From NCBI GenBank assembly GCA_049514515.1, contig JBEKUZ010000015.1, positions 2,606 to 66,605 of the forward strand: a DNA stretch of 64,000 bases, written 5' to 3'. This stretch comes from Thermodesulfobacteriota bacterium. GTDB lineage: Bacteria; Desulfobacterota; BSN033; UBA1163. Below the pieces are notes generated by a model. The model ran no database searches, was not told where the DNA came from, and saw only the letters and a program-made list of their open reading frames with translations. Below are positions 41,193-52,052 of the stretch, piece after piece. Position numbers and translations under genes: made by a program. Position 1 is the first letter of the stretch. Every line of letters starts with the position of its first letter.

Positions 41193-41966
41193 ATGACCGT
41201 CAATTTTAATCCCATTTTGATCGACCTCGGACCCATTCGGGTGAGCTGGTACGGGTTGATGTATGTCCTCGGATTTTTCGCTTCCTATCTCCTGGTCCGG
41301 TATCAACTGAAGAAAAAAGATTTTGGGGTTTCGAAACTGGACGTAGAAAATCTCTATTTTTATCTCATTCTCGGCCTCATCATCGGAGCACGTTTGGGAT
41401 ATGTCCTATTCTATGACCTTAAGATGTACCTCAACGATCCCCTTGAGATCTTCGCCATCTGGCATGGCGGCATGTCCTTTCACGGAGGGCTGATCGGCGT
41501 CCTGATCGTTGGGATTCTTTTTTCCTGGAAAAATAAGAAATCTTTCTGGAAGATCGCTGACCTCTTCATTGTCACGGCACCCGTTGGATTGGGCTTGGGA
41601 AGAATCGGGAATTTCATCAACGGAGAGCTCTATGGCCGAGTGACTCACGTCCCCTGGGCGATGATCTTCGCGAACGACAAAGATCACCTTCCCCGGCACC
41701 CTTCGCAACTCTACGAAAGCGCGTTGGAGGGAGGCGTCCTGTTTCTGATCCTTTGGTTTCTCAAAGATAAGAAACTGCCCGACGGCGGGCTTTTGGCCGT
41801 CTTTCTTTCTCTTTACGGGTTATTTCGAATTTTCCTTGAATTTTTCAGGCAGCCGGATTCCCAGCTCGGATTCGTCCTCGGCCCCTTCACCATGGGGCAG
41901 ATACTCTCATCCTTTATGATCGTCGGGGGCATTGTTCTCTTCCTCATTTTGAAGAGGAAGAAGTAG
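41193..41966 (+). CDS. lgt: Prolipoprotein diacylglyceryl transferase
   Basis: WYGLMY, GARLGYVLFY, GGMSFHGG, GRIGNFINGELYGR, RHPSQLYE. Confidence 0.97.
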   Translation: MTVNFNPILIDLGPIRVSWYGLMYVLGFFASYLLVRYQLKKKDFGVSKLDVENLYFYLILGLIIGARLGYVLFYDLKMYLNDPLEIFAIWHGGMSFHGGLIGVLIVGILFSWKNKKSFWKIADLFIVTAPVGLGLGRIGNFINGELYGRVTHVPWAMIFANDKDHLPRHPSQLYESALEGGVLFLILWFLKDKKLPDGGLLAVFLSLYGLFRIFLEFFRQPDSQLGFVLGPFTMGQILSSFMIVGGIVLFLILKRKK

Positions 41967-43359
41967 GGGCAATCATCCGTCGAGGGTCGAGTAAACGATT
42001 TATTTCTTCTTTTGGAAGAAGTTTCTCCTCCTCTATCACCTCACGAATGGTCTTATTCTGAAGGTAAGCCTTTTTTGCGATCCGGGCCCCTTCCTCGTAT
42101 CCGATGACCGGCGTCAGGGCCGTGGCAAGGGCCAGACTTTTTTCGATCATCTCTTCGCAGCGCTTGCGGTCTGCCTTCAATCCCTTGACGCATTTTTTCG
42201 AAAAGTTGTCCACTCCGCTGGCGAGGAGAGACAGGGACTGCAGCAGATTGTAAGCGATCAATGGCATCATCACGTTGAGCTCGAAATTGCCGCTGAGCCC
42301 CGCCAGCGAGATGGCCGAGTCGTTTCCGATCACCTGAACGCATGTCTGGATCAGGGATTCCGGGATAACCGGATTGACCTTCCCGGGCATGATCGAAGAA
42401 CCGGGCTGGGTGTCCGGCAGATGGATTTCTCCGATTCCGCACCGGGGGCCTGAACCCAGCCACCGGACGTCGTTGGCGATTTTTATCAGACTGACGGCCA
42501 CCGTTTTTAAAGCCCCGCTCATCTCGACCGCGGCATCTCGAGCGCCCTGTGCCTCGAAATGGTCAATCGCCTCATGGAATGGATAACCGGTCGCCCGATT
42601 GATGATGGAGATCGATTTCTTTGCAAAGAGGGGATGCGTGTTGATCCCCGTGCCCACCGCTGTCCCTCCCAATGGAAGTTCAAACAGGGACCTCATGGCC
42701 TTGTGGATTCTATGGATGCCCAATTCCACCTGGCGGGCGTACCCCCCGAATTCCTGACCCAATCGGATCGGGGTGGCATCCTGGAGATGGGTCCTCCCGA
42801 TTTTAAGGATGGAATGAAATTCTCTTCCTTTATTCTTTAAAGCCGTATGGAGATCGCTTAGCGCCGGGAGAAGTTTTTGGAGGAGGGTGATCGAGGCGAT
42901 GTGGATGGCAGAAGGGAAGACATCGTTACTCGACTGGCCCAGATTCACATGGTCATTGGGATGAACGGGCCGGTAGATGCCTTTCTTGGTTCCCAAAACC
43001 TCGTTGGCGCGATTGGCAATCACCTCATTGGCATTCATGTTGGTGGACGTCCCGGAGCCGGTTTGAAAGATATCTACGACGAATTGGTCATCCCATCTTC
43101 CCTCCATCACCTCTTGAGCGGCCCTCTCGACCGCCCCGGCGATTCTTTTTTCGAGGAGGCCCAATTCGCGGTTCGTCCTGGCCGAACTAAATTTGACGAG
43201 GCCCAGGGCGTAGATAAACTCCCTTCCGAATCGCCAACCGCTCACAGGAAAGTTTTCAATCGCCCTTTGCGTTTGGGCCCCATAGTAGGCCTTTTTCGGA
43301 ACCCGGACAGGACCCATCGAATCTCTCTCTACTCGGTATTTTTGATCTGAGTTCGTCAT
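41944..43359 (-). CDS. fumC: Fumarate hydratase class II
   Basis: YGAQTQR, QTGSGTSTNMN, GRTHLQDA, GSSIMPGKVNP. Confidence 0.95.
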   Translation of the reverse strand: MTNSDQKYRVERDSMGPVRVPKKAYYGAQTQRAIENFPVSGWRFGREFIYALGLVKFSSARTNRELGLLEKRIAGAVERAAQEVMEGRWDDQFVVDIFQTGSGTSTNMNANEVIANRANEVLGTKKGIYRPVHPNDHVNLGQSSNDVFPSAIHIASITLLQKLLPALSDLHTALKNKGREFHSILKIGRTHLQDATPIRLGQEFGGYARQVELGIHRIHKAMRSLFELPLGGTAVGTGINTHPLFAKKSISIINRATGYPFHEAIDHFEAQGARDAAVEMSGALKTVAVSLIKIANDVRWLGSGPRCGIGEIHLPDTQPGSSIMPGKVNPVIPESLIQTCVQVIGNDSAISLAGLSGNFELNVMMPLIAYNLLQSLSLLASGVDNFSKKCVKGLKADRKRCEEMIEKSLALATALTPVIGYEEGARIAKKAYLQNKTIREVIEEEKLLPKEEINRLLDPRRMIAPTSSSSK

Positions 43360-43422
43360 CTTTGGCCTCCTTCTTGTGGTTCATTCTGATTAATCCATCT
43401 GACGGAGAAGAGGGGAATTCCT

Positions 43423-43884
43423 TTATTTTCGAAGCAGGCGTCTATCAAACATAAAACTTTCGGCAGTGGTAATAACCACTCTGTCCATGTCCGGATGCAT
43501 TGGATTGATCAGTATGTTGAATTCATCCAGTACAACCACCGAAGGGACACGAAGCAAAAGTGAACGCATGGCTATGGCCCATTCGGATTCCAAGTCAGCC
43601 AATTCTGGGGGGGCGGGGTAGTCCCGCCAGTTCTTTGGCAGAACAGCTATCGAGATTTGTTCAACAGCGATGTCATCCGGTATTTCAAGACAGGCAATAC
43701 TTAGATTGTTTGGTAGTAGGGATAAAGGGACGTGAACCAAAAACTCCAATGTGGCAAGCGATCTATTTTCTGAGGTATAAACGATAGGGATATCCTTTCG
43801 ATTCCATCTTCCCCCATACACCCTTGCTCCGGTTCCTGATAGATCGCGAATGGATCGAGTTTTAGCAATCCGAAAAACCTGCAC
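43423..43884 (-). CDS. RES-family toxin (NAD+ phosphorylase)
   Basis: FRI...GGRWN...YTS...LE...VPS...NILINP. Confidence 0.9.
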   Translation of the reverse strand: MQVFRIAKTRSIRDLSGTGARVYGGRWNRKDIPIVYTSENRSLATLEFLVHVPLSLLPNNLSIACLEIPDDIAVEQISIAVLPKNWRDYPAPPELADLESEWAIAMRSLLLRVPSVVVLDEFNILINPMHPDMDRVVITTAESFMFDRRLLRK

Positions 43885-44315
43885 TAAGAGAGCACCCCGT
43901 GCTCGATTCGCCCAAGTTCATCGAGGACCATTTGCGTCCCGAACCTTGAGCTCAGTAGGTTGAGAGGCGTTCTATTCCCGAGTGCAACATTAGGTTGTTT
44001 CATCCAGAGGAGAAAATGGTCTTTATCTTCGAAGACCTCAACGCCTTTTGCAACCACTTCGGCAATTTGTAAAATCTGTTCTGATACGGCGCGATTAAAA
44101 TGTTGGCGAGAGTTGTATCTTTGTATGGTCCGCCCGCTGATCGGTAGAAGTGCTGCCATTTGATCTATCGGAAAAGACAAATATCTCGCGAGATTCAACA
44201 GGGCACTTTTCGTCACCCCGTGATCACTCAACGTGATCAAGTCTTGCCGCTTCTGTATTCTCATATGGAGCACTCTTTGTCCGCCTAATATTTTTTCAAT
44301 GGCAGTTAATTGCAT
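43884..44315 (-). CDS. Xre/MbcA/ParS antitoxin
   Basis: HTH (ISGRTIQRY) plus VF...WM..PN.ALG..TP..LL...G; AGGAGG RBS before ATG 44315. Confidence 0.9.
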   Translation of the reverse strand: MQLTAIEKILGGQRVLHMRIQKRQDLITLSDHGVTKSALLNLARYLSFPIDQMAALLPISGRTIQRYNSRQHFNRAVSEQILQIAEVVAKGVEVFEDKDHFLLWMKQPNVALGNRTPLNLLSSRFGTQMVLDELGRIEHGVLS

Positions 44316-44334
44316 TTTGCCTCCTCTGTTCAAT

Positions 44335-44368
44335 ATGACATTTGTCATTATTATAATGACATATGTCG
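44335..44368. promoter_or_regulatory. Tandem palindromic operators upstream of the antitoxin
   Basis: ATGACATTTGTCAT and ATGACATATGTCG flank an AT-rich TTATAAT. Confidence 0.55.
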
Positions 44369-44510
44369 CAATTCTTTGTCAAGAAAATAATGACGGAGGT
44401 GTAATGTCTTAAGATTATAGGTAGTTCGAATAACGCTGTGGGAGATTTGATTGACAAATTGGAGAGGCATCGATTATCATTCCTGGGCTTGGTGCAAAGG
44501 AAGGGGATCG

Positions 44511-46454
44511 ATGGGTAAGAATCTCGTACAAAAAATTCTTGAGACGCATCTGGTCGGCGGGAGATTAACGCCCCATGAAGACATCGCCATTTCCGTTGAC
44601 CAGACCCTCACGCAGGATGCCACGGGCACGATGGCCTGCCTTCAGTTTGAGGCGTTGGGGATTCCGAGGGTCAGGACTAAGTTCTCGATCAGCTATGTGG
44701 ACCACAATATGCTTCAGACCGGATTTGAGAATGCCGACGACCACCGATTCCTGCAGACCTTTGCCGCGAGATGCGGCATCTTCTTTTCCAAACCCGGCAA
44801 CGGCATCTGCCATCAGGTCCACTTGGAACGATTTACAAAACCCGGGCAGGTCCTTCTGGGTTCGGATAGCCATACTCCCAATGCCGGTGCAATGGGGATG
44901 ATCGCCATTGGAGTGGGCGGACTGGACGTCGCCCTGGCCATGGCGGGCGAGCCTTACTACCTCGAGATGCCACAGGTCGTCTTAGTGAATCTGAAGGGGA
45001 AGCTTCCTCCCTGGGTCGCGTCAAAAGATATCATGTTGGAGCTGCTGAGACGGTTAAGCGTTAGAGGAGGGGTGGAAAAGATCTTTGAATTTGGAGGGCC
45101 GGGAATGAAGAGCCTCTCTATCCCGGAAAGAGCTACCATTGCCAATCTGGGAGCGGAACTGGGAGCCACCACCACGATCTTCCCAAGCGACGAAAGAACC
45201 CTCGAATTCCTTAAAGCGCAGGGCAGGAAGAAAGACTGGATTCCCCTCGAGCCGGATAAAAATGCGGAATACGATCAGATCGTTGAAATCGATGTCAGCA
45301 GGCTGGAGCCTCTCATTGCTCAACCTTCCAGCCCGGACAGGGTCTGTCCTGTCAGAGAGGTGGCTGGAAAACAGGTCAAGCAGGTTTGTATCGGGAGCTG
45401 TAACAATTCTTCCTACTTCGATTTAATGAGTGTCGCTAAAATCGTAAAGGGGAAAAAGATCCATCCGGACGTCAGCCTCACCATTACCCCCGGTTCAAAG
45501 CAGGTCTTTGAGATGATCGCCCGGGATGGGGCGTTGGCCGACCTGATCGGCGCCGGAGCACGCATTCTGGAGTCAGCGTGCGGCCCCTGCATCGGCATGG
45601 GACAGGCCCCTCCCTCTCGTGCCATTTCCGTCCGGACGATGAATCGGAACTTTCCGGGCCGGAGCGGAACACCGGAAGATCAGGTCTATCTGGCAAGTCC
45701 CTACGTGGCCGTCGCAAGCGCCCTGAAGGGATCCATCACCGATCCCAGAAAATTGGGTCCGAAACCACCTCGTGTCCCCATGCCTTCGAGATTCTTCATC
45801 GATGACAGCCCCATTCTTTCTCCCCGTTCAAGGCCGGAAAAAGTGGTGATCGAGCGAGGGCCCAATATCAAGCCTTTGCCCCTTCGCGGTCCCCTGGAGG
45901 ATTGCATGGAAGGATCGGTTATTCTGAAAGTGGGGGACAATATTAGCACCGACGATATTCTTCCTGCCGGGGCCAAGGTCCTTCCTCTCCGATCCAATAT
46001 CCCTGCCATTTCAGAACACCTGTTCGAAAGGATCGATGCCCACTTCGTCAAGAGGACAAAGCAATTGGAAGGCGGGTTTGTAGTAGGGGGTGAAAATTAT
46101 GGACAGGGTTCGAGCAGGGAGCATGCCGCTCTGGCTCCGATGTACCTCGGGATCAAAGCCATCCTGACAAAATCCTATGCCCGCATCCATCGTTCCAATC
46201 TGATCAATTTTGGAATTCTTCCTCTGGCCTTTAAAGATCCTGATGAATTTATAAGGATCCAGCAGGGAGATTATCTCCGGATCGCAGGTCTGCGGAAAGG
46301 ACTGAGGACAGGCGGTCTTCTCACGATTGAAAACGAGACCCAGAAGAGGTCCTTTGAAGTTTTGCACGGGCTCAACCAAAGAGAAATAGAGATCCTCCTG
46401 GCAGGAGGGTTGCTGAACCATACCGCTTCCTCTGCAACGAAACGTCAAGCCTAA
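44511..46454 (+). CDS. acn: Aconitate hydratase (short type)
   Basis: TQDATGT, GICHQ, DSHT, IGSC, CGPCIGMG, NRNFPGRSG, NYGQGSSREHA. Confidence 0.92.
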   Translation: MGKNLVQKILETHLVGGRLTPHEDIAISVDQTLTQDATGTMACLQFEALGIPRVRTKFSISYVDHNMLQTGFENADDHRFLQTFAARCGIFFSKPGNGICHQVHLERFTKPGQVLLGSDSHTPNAGAMGMIAIGVGGLDVALAMAGEPYYLEMPQVVLVNLKGKLPPWVASKDIMLELLRRLSVRGGVEKIFEFGGPGMKSLSIPERATIANLGAELGATTTIFPSDERTLEFLKAQGRKKDWIPLEPDKNAEYDQIVEIDVSRLEPLIAQPSSPDRVCPVREVAGKQVKQVCIGSCNNSSYFDLMSVAKIVKGKKIHPDVSLTITPGSKQVFEMIARDGALADLIGAGARILESACGPCIGMGQAPPSRAISVRTMNRNFPGRSGTPEDQVYLASPYVAVASALKGSITDPRKLGPKPPRVPMPSRFFIDDSPILSPRSRPEKVVIERGPNIKPLPLRGPLEDCMEGSVILKVGDNISTDDILPAGAKVLPLRSNIPAISEHLFERIDAHFVKRTKQLEGGFVVGGENYGQGSSREHAALAPMYLGIKAILTKSYARIHRSNLINFGILPLAFKDPDEFIRIQQGDYLRIAGLRKGLRTGGLLTIENETQKRSFEVLHGLNQREIEILLAGGLLNHTASSATKRQA

Positions 46455-46715
46455 AATCTGGAAGTATCTCCAATTCTACGATAGACCCTGTGAGCAGACA
46501 GGCGACCAGCTTCGAAAGCTTTAGAATTGCGGATTTTCGAGAGGGAGCGTCAATCATTCTTGTCACTGGAATTGAGGTTTTGATGAGGCAGACACGCATG
46601 AATTTACCCGATAAAAGGTTCCGCTCTAAAGCTTTCTCACCCAGCCGCCTGTTGGCTCACGGGCTTGGGTTCTCAAATTAGTGTCTTTCCATAAACTACG
46701 GTTTTCATAAGAGGG

Positions 46716-46833
46716 TGTCATTCCGGCCCCGATTTTCATCGGGATAAACTCCAGCCGGAATCCAGTGTTTTTTGACGGCTTCTGGATGCCCCCGTATCAA
46801 GTACGGGGCAGGCTTCTCAAGTCCGGCATGACA
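46716..46833. repeat. Palindromic REP-like element (GTCATTCCGG...CCGGCATGAC family)
   Basis: Terminal inverted repeat with internal hairpin CCCCGTATCAAGTACGGGG; inverted relative of 50193-50305. Confidence 0.75.
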
Positions 46834-46887
46834 GACTGACAGAGCTTACATATCATTGCGGCACAGTCTCCGGGGTGAGGATGTGTA

Positions 46888-46997
46888 ATCTAATACAAAA
46901 GCACTAAATATTTTGTAGGGCAACCCTTTAGGGTTGCTTTAAGCAAGGCTAAAGCCTTGCGCTACATGCAAAATGATTTAACGCGTTTGTATTAGAT
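46888..46997. mobile_element. MITE-like element enclosing a GTAG-type REP doublet
   Basis: TIR ATCTAATACAAA...TTTGTATTAGAT; internal TGTAGGGCAACCCTTTAGGGTTGC...GCAAGGCTAAAGCCTTGCGCTACA. Confidence 0.65.
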
Positions 46998-47168
46998 CGA
47001 ATAGATCCCACACAAAATAAGGTTCTTTTTAAAGCAATATACCGAATCGTCCTTATTTATTTCCTAATCCTTTCTTTATAATTTTATATTGGATTTGGGT
47101 GTTGATGTTTTTGCCGCGGCGATGTAGATTTACTTTAGAAGGTTCATGCGGGAGGATTCATAAAAAAG

Positions 47169-48353
47169 ATGGAGCAGATACAGGAAACGAAGAATATCGG
47201 CCTTCGGGGGGTGAAGGTCGCAGATACGCGCATCTCGGATGTCGACGGGGAGAGAGGGAACCTCATCTATCGAGGGTTAAATATCTGCGATCTTGTCGTT
47301 CATTCCACCTTTGAAGAGGTCTCCTACCTTCTGCTTTATGACCATCTCCCGCCAGCGGAGGAGCTGAAAAAGTTTCAGTCGGCGCTGATCTTCGAAAGGG
47401 AGATTCCGGAGGTCGTTTATCGATTTATGAAGACGATGCCGGTGACTTCTCATCCCATGGACATCATGCAGGCAGCCGTTCCTATTCTGGCGAGCCACGA
47501 TCCTCAGTTGCACGATGAGACGAGAGAAGCCAATTTCAAGAAAGCAATCCGGCTCATCGCAAAGCTGCCCGCCGTTGTGGCTGCGTGGGATCGTATTCGA
47601 AAGGGGAAAAAGCCAGTTCATCCCAATGCTGAACTGACCCATGCGGGAAATTTCTTATACATGTTGTCCGGATCTCTCCCTAACCAAGCCACGGGGCGGG
47701 ATTTCGATATCTGTCTGATTCTCCATGCCGAGCATTCTTTCAATGCTTCCACGTTTGCGGGTCGGGAGGTGGCCTCGACCCATGCCCATCTCTACGCTTC
47801 CATCGGAGCCGCTCTTGGAGCGCTTTCCGGAGAGCTTCACGGCGGAGCGAATAGCGAGGTGATGAAGATGCTTCTCGAGATTGGAGATGCGGCTCGCGTG
47901 AAATCCTGGGTTTCCGAAAGACTCCAAAAGGGAGGCAAGGTGATGGGCATGGGTCATGCGGTTTATCACACCGAGGACCCCCGGGCGACGATCCTCAGAG
48001 GGATATGCAGCCGGCTGGCAGATCGTCTGGGAGATCGAAAATGGCTTGAATTGACGAAGGCGGTTGAGGCGGCTACCAAGGAGGAGTTTAGAAAGTTGAA
48101 GGGGAGGGATATCTATCCCAATGTCGATTTCTACAGCGCTTCGGTCTATTACATGATGGGGATCCCGATCGACCTCTACACCCCTGTTTTCGCCATCTCG
48201 CGGATCTCAGGCTGGACAGCCCATATCATTGAAGAGAAGTTTGCCGAAGCCCAACCCAAGCCCGAGCTCTATCGTCCGGATGCAGATTATGTGGGGACCT
48301 ATTGCGGTCCCCAGGCCTGTCCGTATATTCCAATTGAAGAGCGATCGAAATGA
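47169..48353 (+). CDS. gltA: Citrate synthase (citrate/2-methylcitrate synthase family)
   Basis: [39 protein letters not shown]. Confidence 0.9.
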   Translation: MEQIQETKNIGLRGVKVADTRISDVDGERGNLIYRGLNICDLVVHSTFEEVSYLLLYDHLPPAEELKKFQSALIFEREIPEVVYRFMKTMPVTSHPMDIMQAAVPILASHDPQLHDETREANFKKAIRLIAKLPAVVAAWDRIRKGKKPVHPNAELTHAGNFLYMLSGSLPNQATGRDFDICLILHAEHSFNASTFAGREVASTHAHLYASIGAALGALSGELHGGANSEVMKMLLEIGDAARVKSWVSERLQKGGKVMGMGHAVYHTEDPRATILRGICSRLADRLGDRKWLELTKAVEAATKEEFRKLKGRDIYPNVDFYSASVYYMMGIPIDLYTPVFAISRISGWTAHIIEEKFAEAQPKPELYRPDADYVGTYCGPQACPYIPIEERSK

Positions 48354-50074
48354 TCTTCCAGCATAACATCGTCATTGTGGGAGCCGGCCTGGCAGGACTT
48401 CGGGCAGCGGTGGAGTGTGTGGGGCAGGCCAACGTGGCTGTGGTCAGCAAGGTTCTTCCCACGCGATCTCACTCCGGAGCGGCCCAGGGAGGGATTACCG
48501 CCCCTCTCGGCAATGAGGAAGAGGACCATTGGGAATGGCATTTCTACGATACCGTCAAGGGCGGCGACTACTTAGGGGATCAGGATGCCATCGAGATCCT
48601 GGTCAAGGATTCGCCGAGGGCCATCTATGAGCTGGAGCACATGGGCGTTCCATTCAGTCGGACCGCCGAGGGAAAAATCGCCCAGCGGAACTTCGGTGGC
48701 CATACCCGGGATTATGGAAAGAAACCCGTAAAGAGAGCATGTTATGCCGCAGACCATACCGGAAGGGTCGTTCTCGACACCCTCTTCGACCAGTGCCTCC
48801 GCCATCAGGCAAAATTCTATCCTGAGCACTACCTGCTTTCGCTGGTCATGGATAAAAGAAGATGCGTGGGAGTGGTGATCTACGATCTGGCTACAGGAGA
48901 AATCCATCTTCTTCAGGCCAAGGCCGTTCTGTTGGCCACCGGAGGGTGCGGAAAGGTATACACGACAACCTCCAATGGCAATGCAACCACCGGGGAAACT
49001 TTCAGCTTGGCGTACAACCTGGGAATTCCGCTCGAAGATATGGAATTTGTCCAGTTTCATCCCACAGGGCTTTACCCTTTGGGCATTCTGGTCAGCGAAG
49101 CGGCAAGAGGCGAGGGCGGTTTTTTGCGCAACCGATTGGGCGAGCGGTTCATGGAGCGATATGCCCCGACCGTCAAGGATCTGGCGGCGAGAGATGTCGT
49201 CTCCAGAGCGATTCTCACGGAGATCCGAGAGGGAAGGGGGATTGGCGGAAAGGGCTATGTCCATCTTGACCTCACTCATCTCGGGGAAGAGAAGATTCAG
49301 GAGAAACTCTGGGAGATTGCTTCCTTTGCCAGAATCTACGCAGGAATTGATCCGGTCTACGACCCGGTTCCGGTGGCGCCCACCTGCCATTATATGATGG
49401 GAGGCATCCCCACGGACGTCGATGGAAGGGTCCTGGCCGATGAGAATGGTTCGATCGTACCGGGACTGTACGCCGCCGGAGAATGCGCGTGCGTGTCGGT
49501 TCATGGGGCAACCCGACTCGGCTGCAACTCGCTCCTCGATTTGCTTGTTTTCGGGAGAAGAAGCGGGTTGGTGATGAAAGACAAGATCAAGGATATTGAT
49601 CATCCGTCCGCCTCGAAGGACAGCCTGAAATCGGCGGAAGAAAAGATCGCCCGATTATCGAGCCGTCACGGCCGAGAGAAAATCGATCCCCTCAGAAAAG
49701 AGATGCGGTCTGTGATGATGGATTACGGGTCGGTCTTTCGAAATGAGGAAGGCTTGAAAAGGGGGATAGAGGAGATCCAAAACCTGAAAGGGCGCTACAA
49801 AGAGATTGGGGTGATGAACCAAGGAAAGACCTTCAATTATGAATTGATGGAGGCATTCGAGCTGGGCCATCAGCTTGACCTCTCGGAGGTGATCCTTTTC
49901 AGCGCCCTCCATCGAAGGGAGAGCCGGGGAGCCCACTATCGGGAGGACTTCCCGTCGAGAGCAGATCGATACTTTCTAAAGCATACCCTCGTTTTTCAAA
50001 CCCCAAAGGGACCTGAAGCGAGATATAAACCCGTGAAGATCACGCGATTCCAACCCGAGGCGAGGGTGTATTGA
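48350..50074 (+). CDS. sdhA: Succinate dehydrogenase/fumarate reductase flavoprotein subunit
   Basis: [10 protein letters not shown] covalent-FAD motif, [32 protein letters not shown]. Confidence 0.93.
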   Translation: MIFQHNIVIVGAGLAGLRAAVECVGQANVAVVSKVLPTRSHSGAAQGGITAPLGNEEEDHWEWHFYDTVKGGDYLGDQDAIEILVKDSPRAIYELEHMGVPFSRTAEGKIAQRNFGGHTRDYGKKPVKRACYAADHTGRVVLDTLFDQCLRHQAKFYPEHYLLSLVMDKRRCVGVVIYDLATGEIHLLQAKAVLLATGGCGKVYTTTSNGNATTGETFSLAYNLGIPLEDMEFVQFHPTGLYPLGILVSEAARGEGGFLRNRLGERFMERYAPTVKDLAARDVVSRAILTEIREGRGIGGKGYVHLDLTHLGEEKIQEKLWEIASFARIYAGIDPVYDPVPVAPTCHYMMGGIPTDVDGRVLADENGSIVPGLYAAGECACVSVHGATRLGCNSLLDLLVFGRRSGLVMKDKIKDIDHPSASKDSLKSAEEKIARLSSRHGREKIDPLRKEMRSVMMDYGSVFRNEEGLKRGIEEIQNLKGRYKEIGVMNQGKTFNYELMEAFELGHQLDLSEVILFSALHRRESRGAHYREDFPSRADRYFLKHTLVFQTPKGPEARYKPVKITRFQPEARVY

Positions 50075-50159
50075 GAAAATGCAGATTTGGGATTGCAGAT
50101 TGCGGATTGAAGAGTAGCGAAACCTGAATTTGTTTATAATGAATGGGACAAATAACCAA

Positions 50160-50398
50160 TGCAGTCATTCAGAGGAATTTCTTTCCTTTATTTGTCATTC
50201 CGGGCTTGACTAAGCCTGCCCCGTGCTTGGCACGGGGGAATCCAGTGTTTCTAAGCTGGATTCCCGCCGGAGTTTAACCCGTACTTGATACGGGGAGGGA
50301 ATGACGGCCTCGGAAACAACGTAAAGAAGTGATGGATTCACTGCACTAGATATAACAGGTTGTCATTGCGAATCCCGCCTCGCGGGATGAAGCAATCT
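50160..50398. repeat. Cluster of nested REP/MITE-like elements between sdhA and sdhB
   Basis: TGCAGT...ACTGCA outer IR around GTCATTCC...GGAATGAC; followed by GTCATTGCG...GAAGCAATCT. Confidence 0.7.
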
Positions 50399-50414
50399 CG
50401 GTGCGGGGTTATAT

Positions 50415-51128
50415 ATGCTCATCAAATTGAAAATTTTTCGCTTTGATCCGGGCAAGGACGAGAAGCCTTACTACAAGACCTATGAGGTGGAGGCCGATTC
50501 GATGGATCGACTTCTTGATTGCCTCAACCGGATCCGATGGGAGCAAGACCCGACGCTCTCCTACCGATGGTCTTGCGGCCATGGCATCTGTGGATCGGAC
50601 GGGATGAGGATCAACGGCATCTGCGGCCTTCCCTGTCAGAAGCTGGCCCGGGACTATAAAGAGGAGGTTCTGATCGAGCCTCTTCCGGTATTTAAGGTGA
50701 TCAAAGATTTGATCGTGGATCTCGACCCCTTCTTTGAGAAGTACAATTCGATCAAGCCTTATCTGATCACAAAAGCTCCTCCACCCGACCAGGAAAGAAG
50801 TCAGTCGGCGGAGCAGCAGAACTTTCTTGGGAAAGCTATCCGTTGTATCCTCTGCGCCTGCTGCACGGCAGCCTGCCCCGTCAATCAGAATACGGAGACG
50901 GCAGGCTATGTCGGCCCTGCTGCCCTTGTCCGCTCTTTTCGGTATCTCTTTGATTCAAGAGATGAGGGTTCGGAGGAAAGGATTGCCCTCCTGGACCGCA
51001 AGGATGGCGCCTGGGGCTGCCAGACCCTGTGGAAGTGCACGGAGGTCTGTCCCAAAGAGATTCCCGTTACCAAGGAGATCGGCCAGATCAAGAAACGCAT
51101 TTACGAAACCAAAGATCCAAAAAAGTAG
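50415..51128 (+). CDS. sdhB: Succinate dehydrogenase/fumarate reductase iron-sulfur subunit
   Basis: SCGHGICGSDG, CILCACCTAACP, CQTLWKCTEVCP. Confidence 0.94.
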   Translation: MLIKLKIFRFDPGKDEKPYYKTYEVEADSMDRLLDCLNRIRWEQDPTLSYRWSCGHGICGSDGMRINGICGLPCQKLARDYKEEVLIEPLPVFKVIKDLIVDLDPFFEKYNSIKPYLITKAPPPDQERSQSAEQQNFLGKAIRCILCACCTAACPVNQNTETAGYVGPAALVRSFRYLFDSRDEGSEERIALLDRKDGAWGCQTLWKCTEVCPKEIPVTKEIGQIKKRIYETKDPKK

Positions 51129-51296
51129 GATGGAGGAAGTAACCGGTAAGGAGTTGAGCTCTCCCATTGTAAGCGAATATAAAGAGGCCTTCTTATATCC
51201 TGTTGCTGGAGCTTGGCGTGAGGAGGTTGATACGACGATGGTTTTCAACTCAAAGGCCATTGGGGATGGTATTTCATTTAGTGTGGATTGAGGATG

Positions 51297-51863
51297 CTAC
51301 ACCCCAATTATGTTAAACAGTACGACGCTTATGAAAGTCAACAGATAGACGGCGAAGAAAACACTCGGCAGAATCCAGGTGAGGTGGCGTGGTTTAGCAG
51401 CGCCTATGAATCCGTCCATCCGGCAGAGACCCTTCACAGGATACTGCAGGAGCTCCTTCTTATCAGGGCTCTCTATATTCCGTATTTTGGGATCAAAAAA
51501 GATATCCTCATCAGAACAAAAGCTCTCGCCTGATGAATCCATCTTTCGCTCAAGATATCTGGCTTGAAAATAACGAAGCTTCAACTTAAGTTGCAACCTC
51601 ATCGCGGAGGCAATCCATAATATGCAAACGAACATGCCGATAACGAACCAAAACAGGAAGCAATAGGTGCTTACGTAGAAATAGGATGAGCCGAATGGTT
51701 TCAGGGTATGAAGAGAGATACTCGAAGTAAAGAAGATAAAAATATTGACAATGAGATACACCAGTTCAGAACGGACGAGACGGTCCTCCGTGATACCAAT
51801 CATATTCATTAACAGCAGGTATTTCTGCACCGTTTGCTCTATTTTCTCATTCGTTTCATCCAT
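51297..51863 (-). CDS. Hypothetical membrane protein (about 3 TM)
   Basis: Three hydrophobic segments; AGAAGGGGG RBS. Confidence 0.6.
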   Translation of the reverse strand: MDETNEKIEQTVQKYLLLMNMIGITEDRLVRSELVYLIVNIFIFFTSSISLHTLKPFGSSYFYVSTYCFLFWFVIGMFVCILWIASAMRLQLKLKLRYFQARYLERKMDSSGESFCSDEDIFFDPKIRNIESPDKKELLQYPVKGLCRMDGFIGAAKPRHLTWILPSVFFAVYLLTFISVVLFNIIGV

Positions 51864-52052
51864 AATAACCCCCTTCTTTTGTTATCTGGTGGATCGTTTA
51901 CAAGAGCCCGGAAAATCAGCATACCATAACATCATTGAAGATAATAGAAAAAAATCTTTCTCCCTGGATGGTTTTTCCTCTAATATCTTTTGCCTTTTTT
52001 CTGGACCAAAAATTGTTTTGAAATCCGGGAAGATGTTCTGTAAGATAATAAA

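Noticed and set aside
48572-49603. 343-aa antisense ORF, and similar shadow ORFs such as 20552-21259 and 52059-52691
   Set aside because: They lie opposite well-supported genes and show no recognisable motifs.
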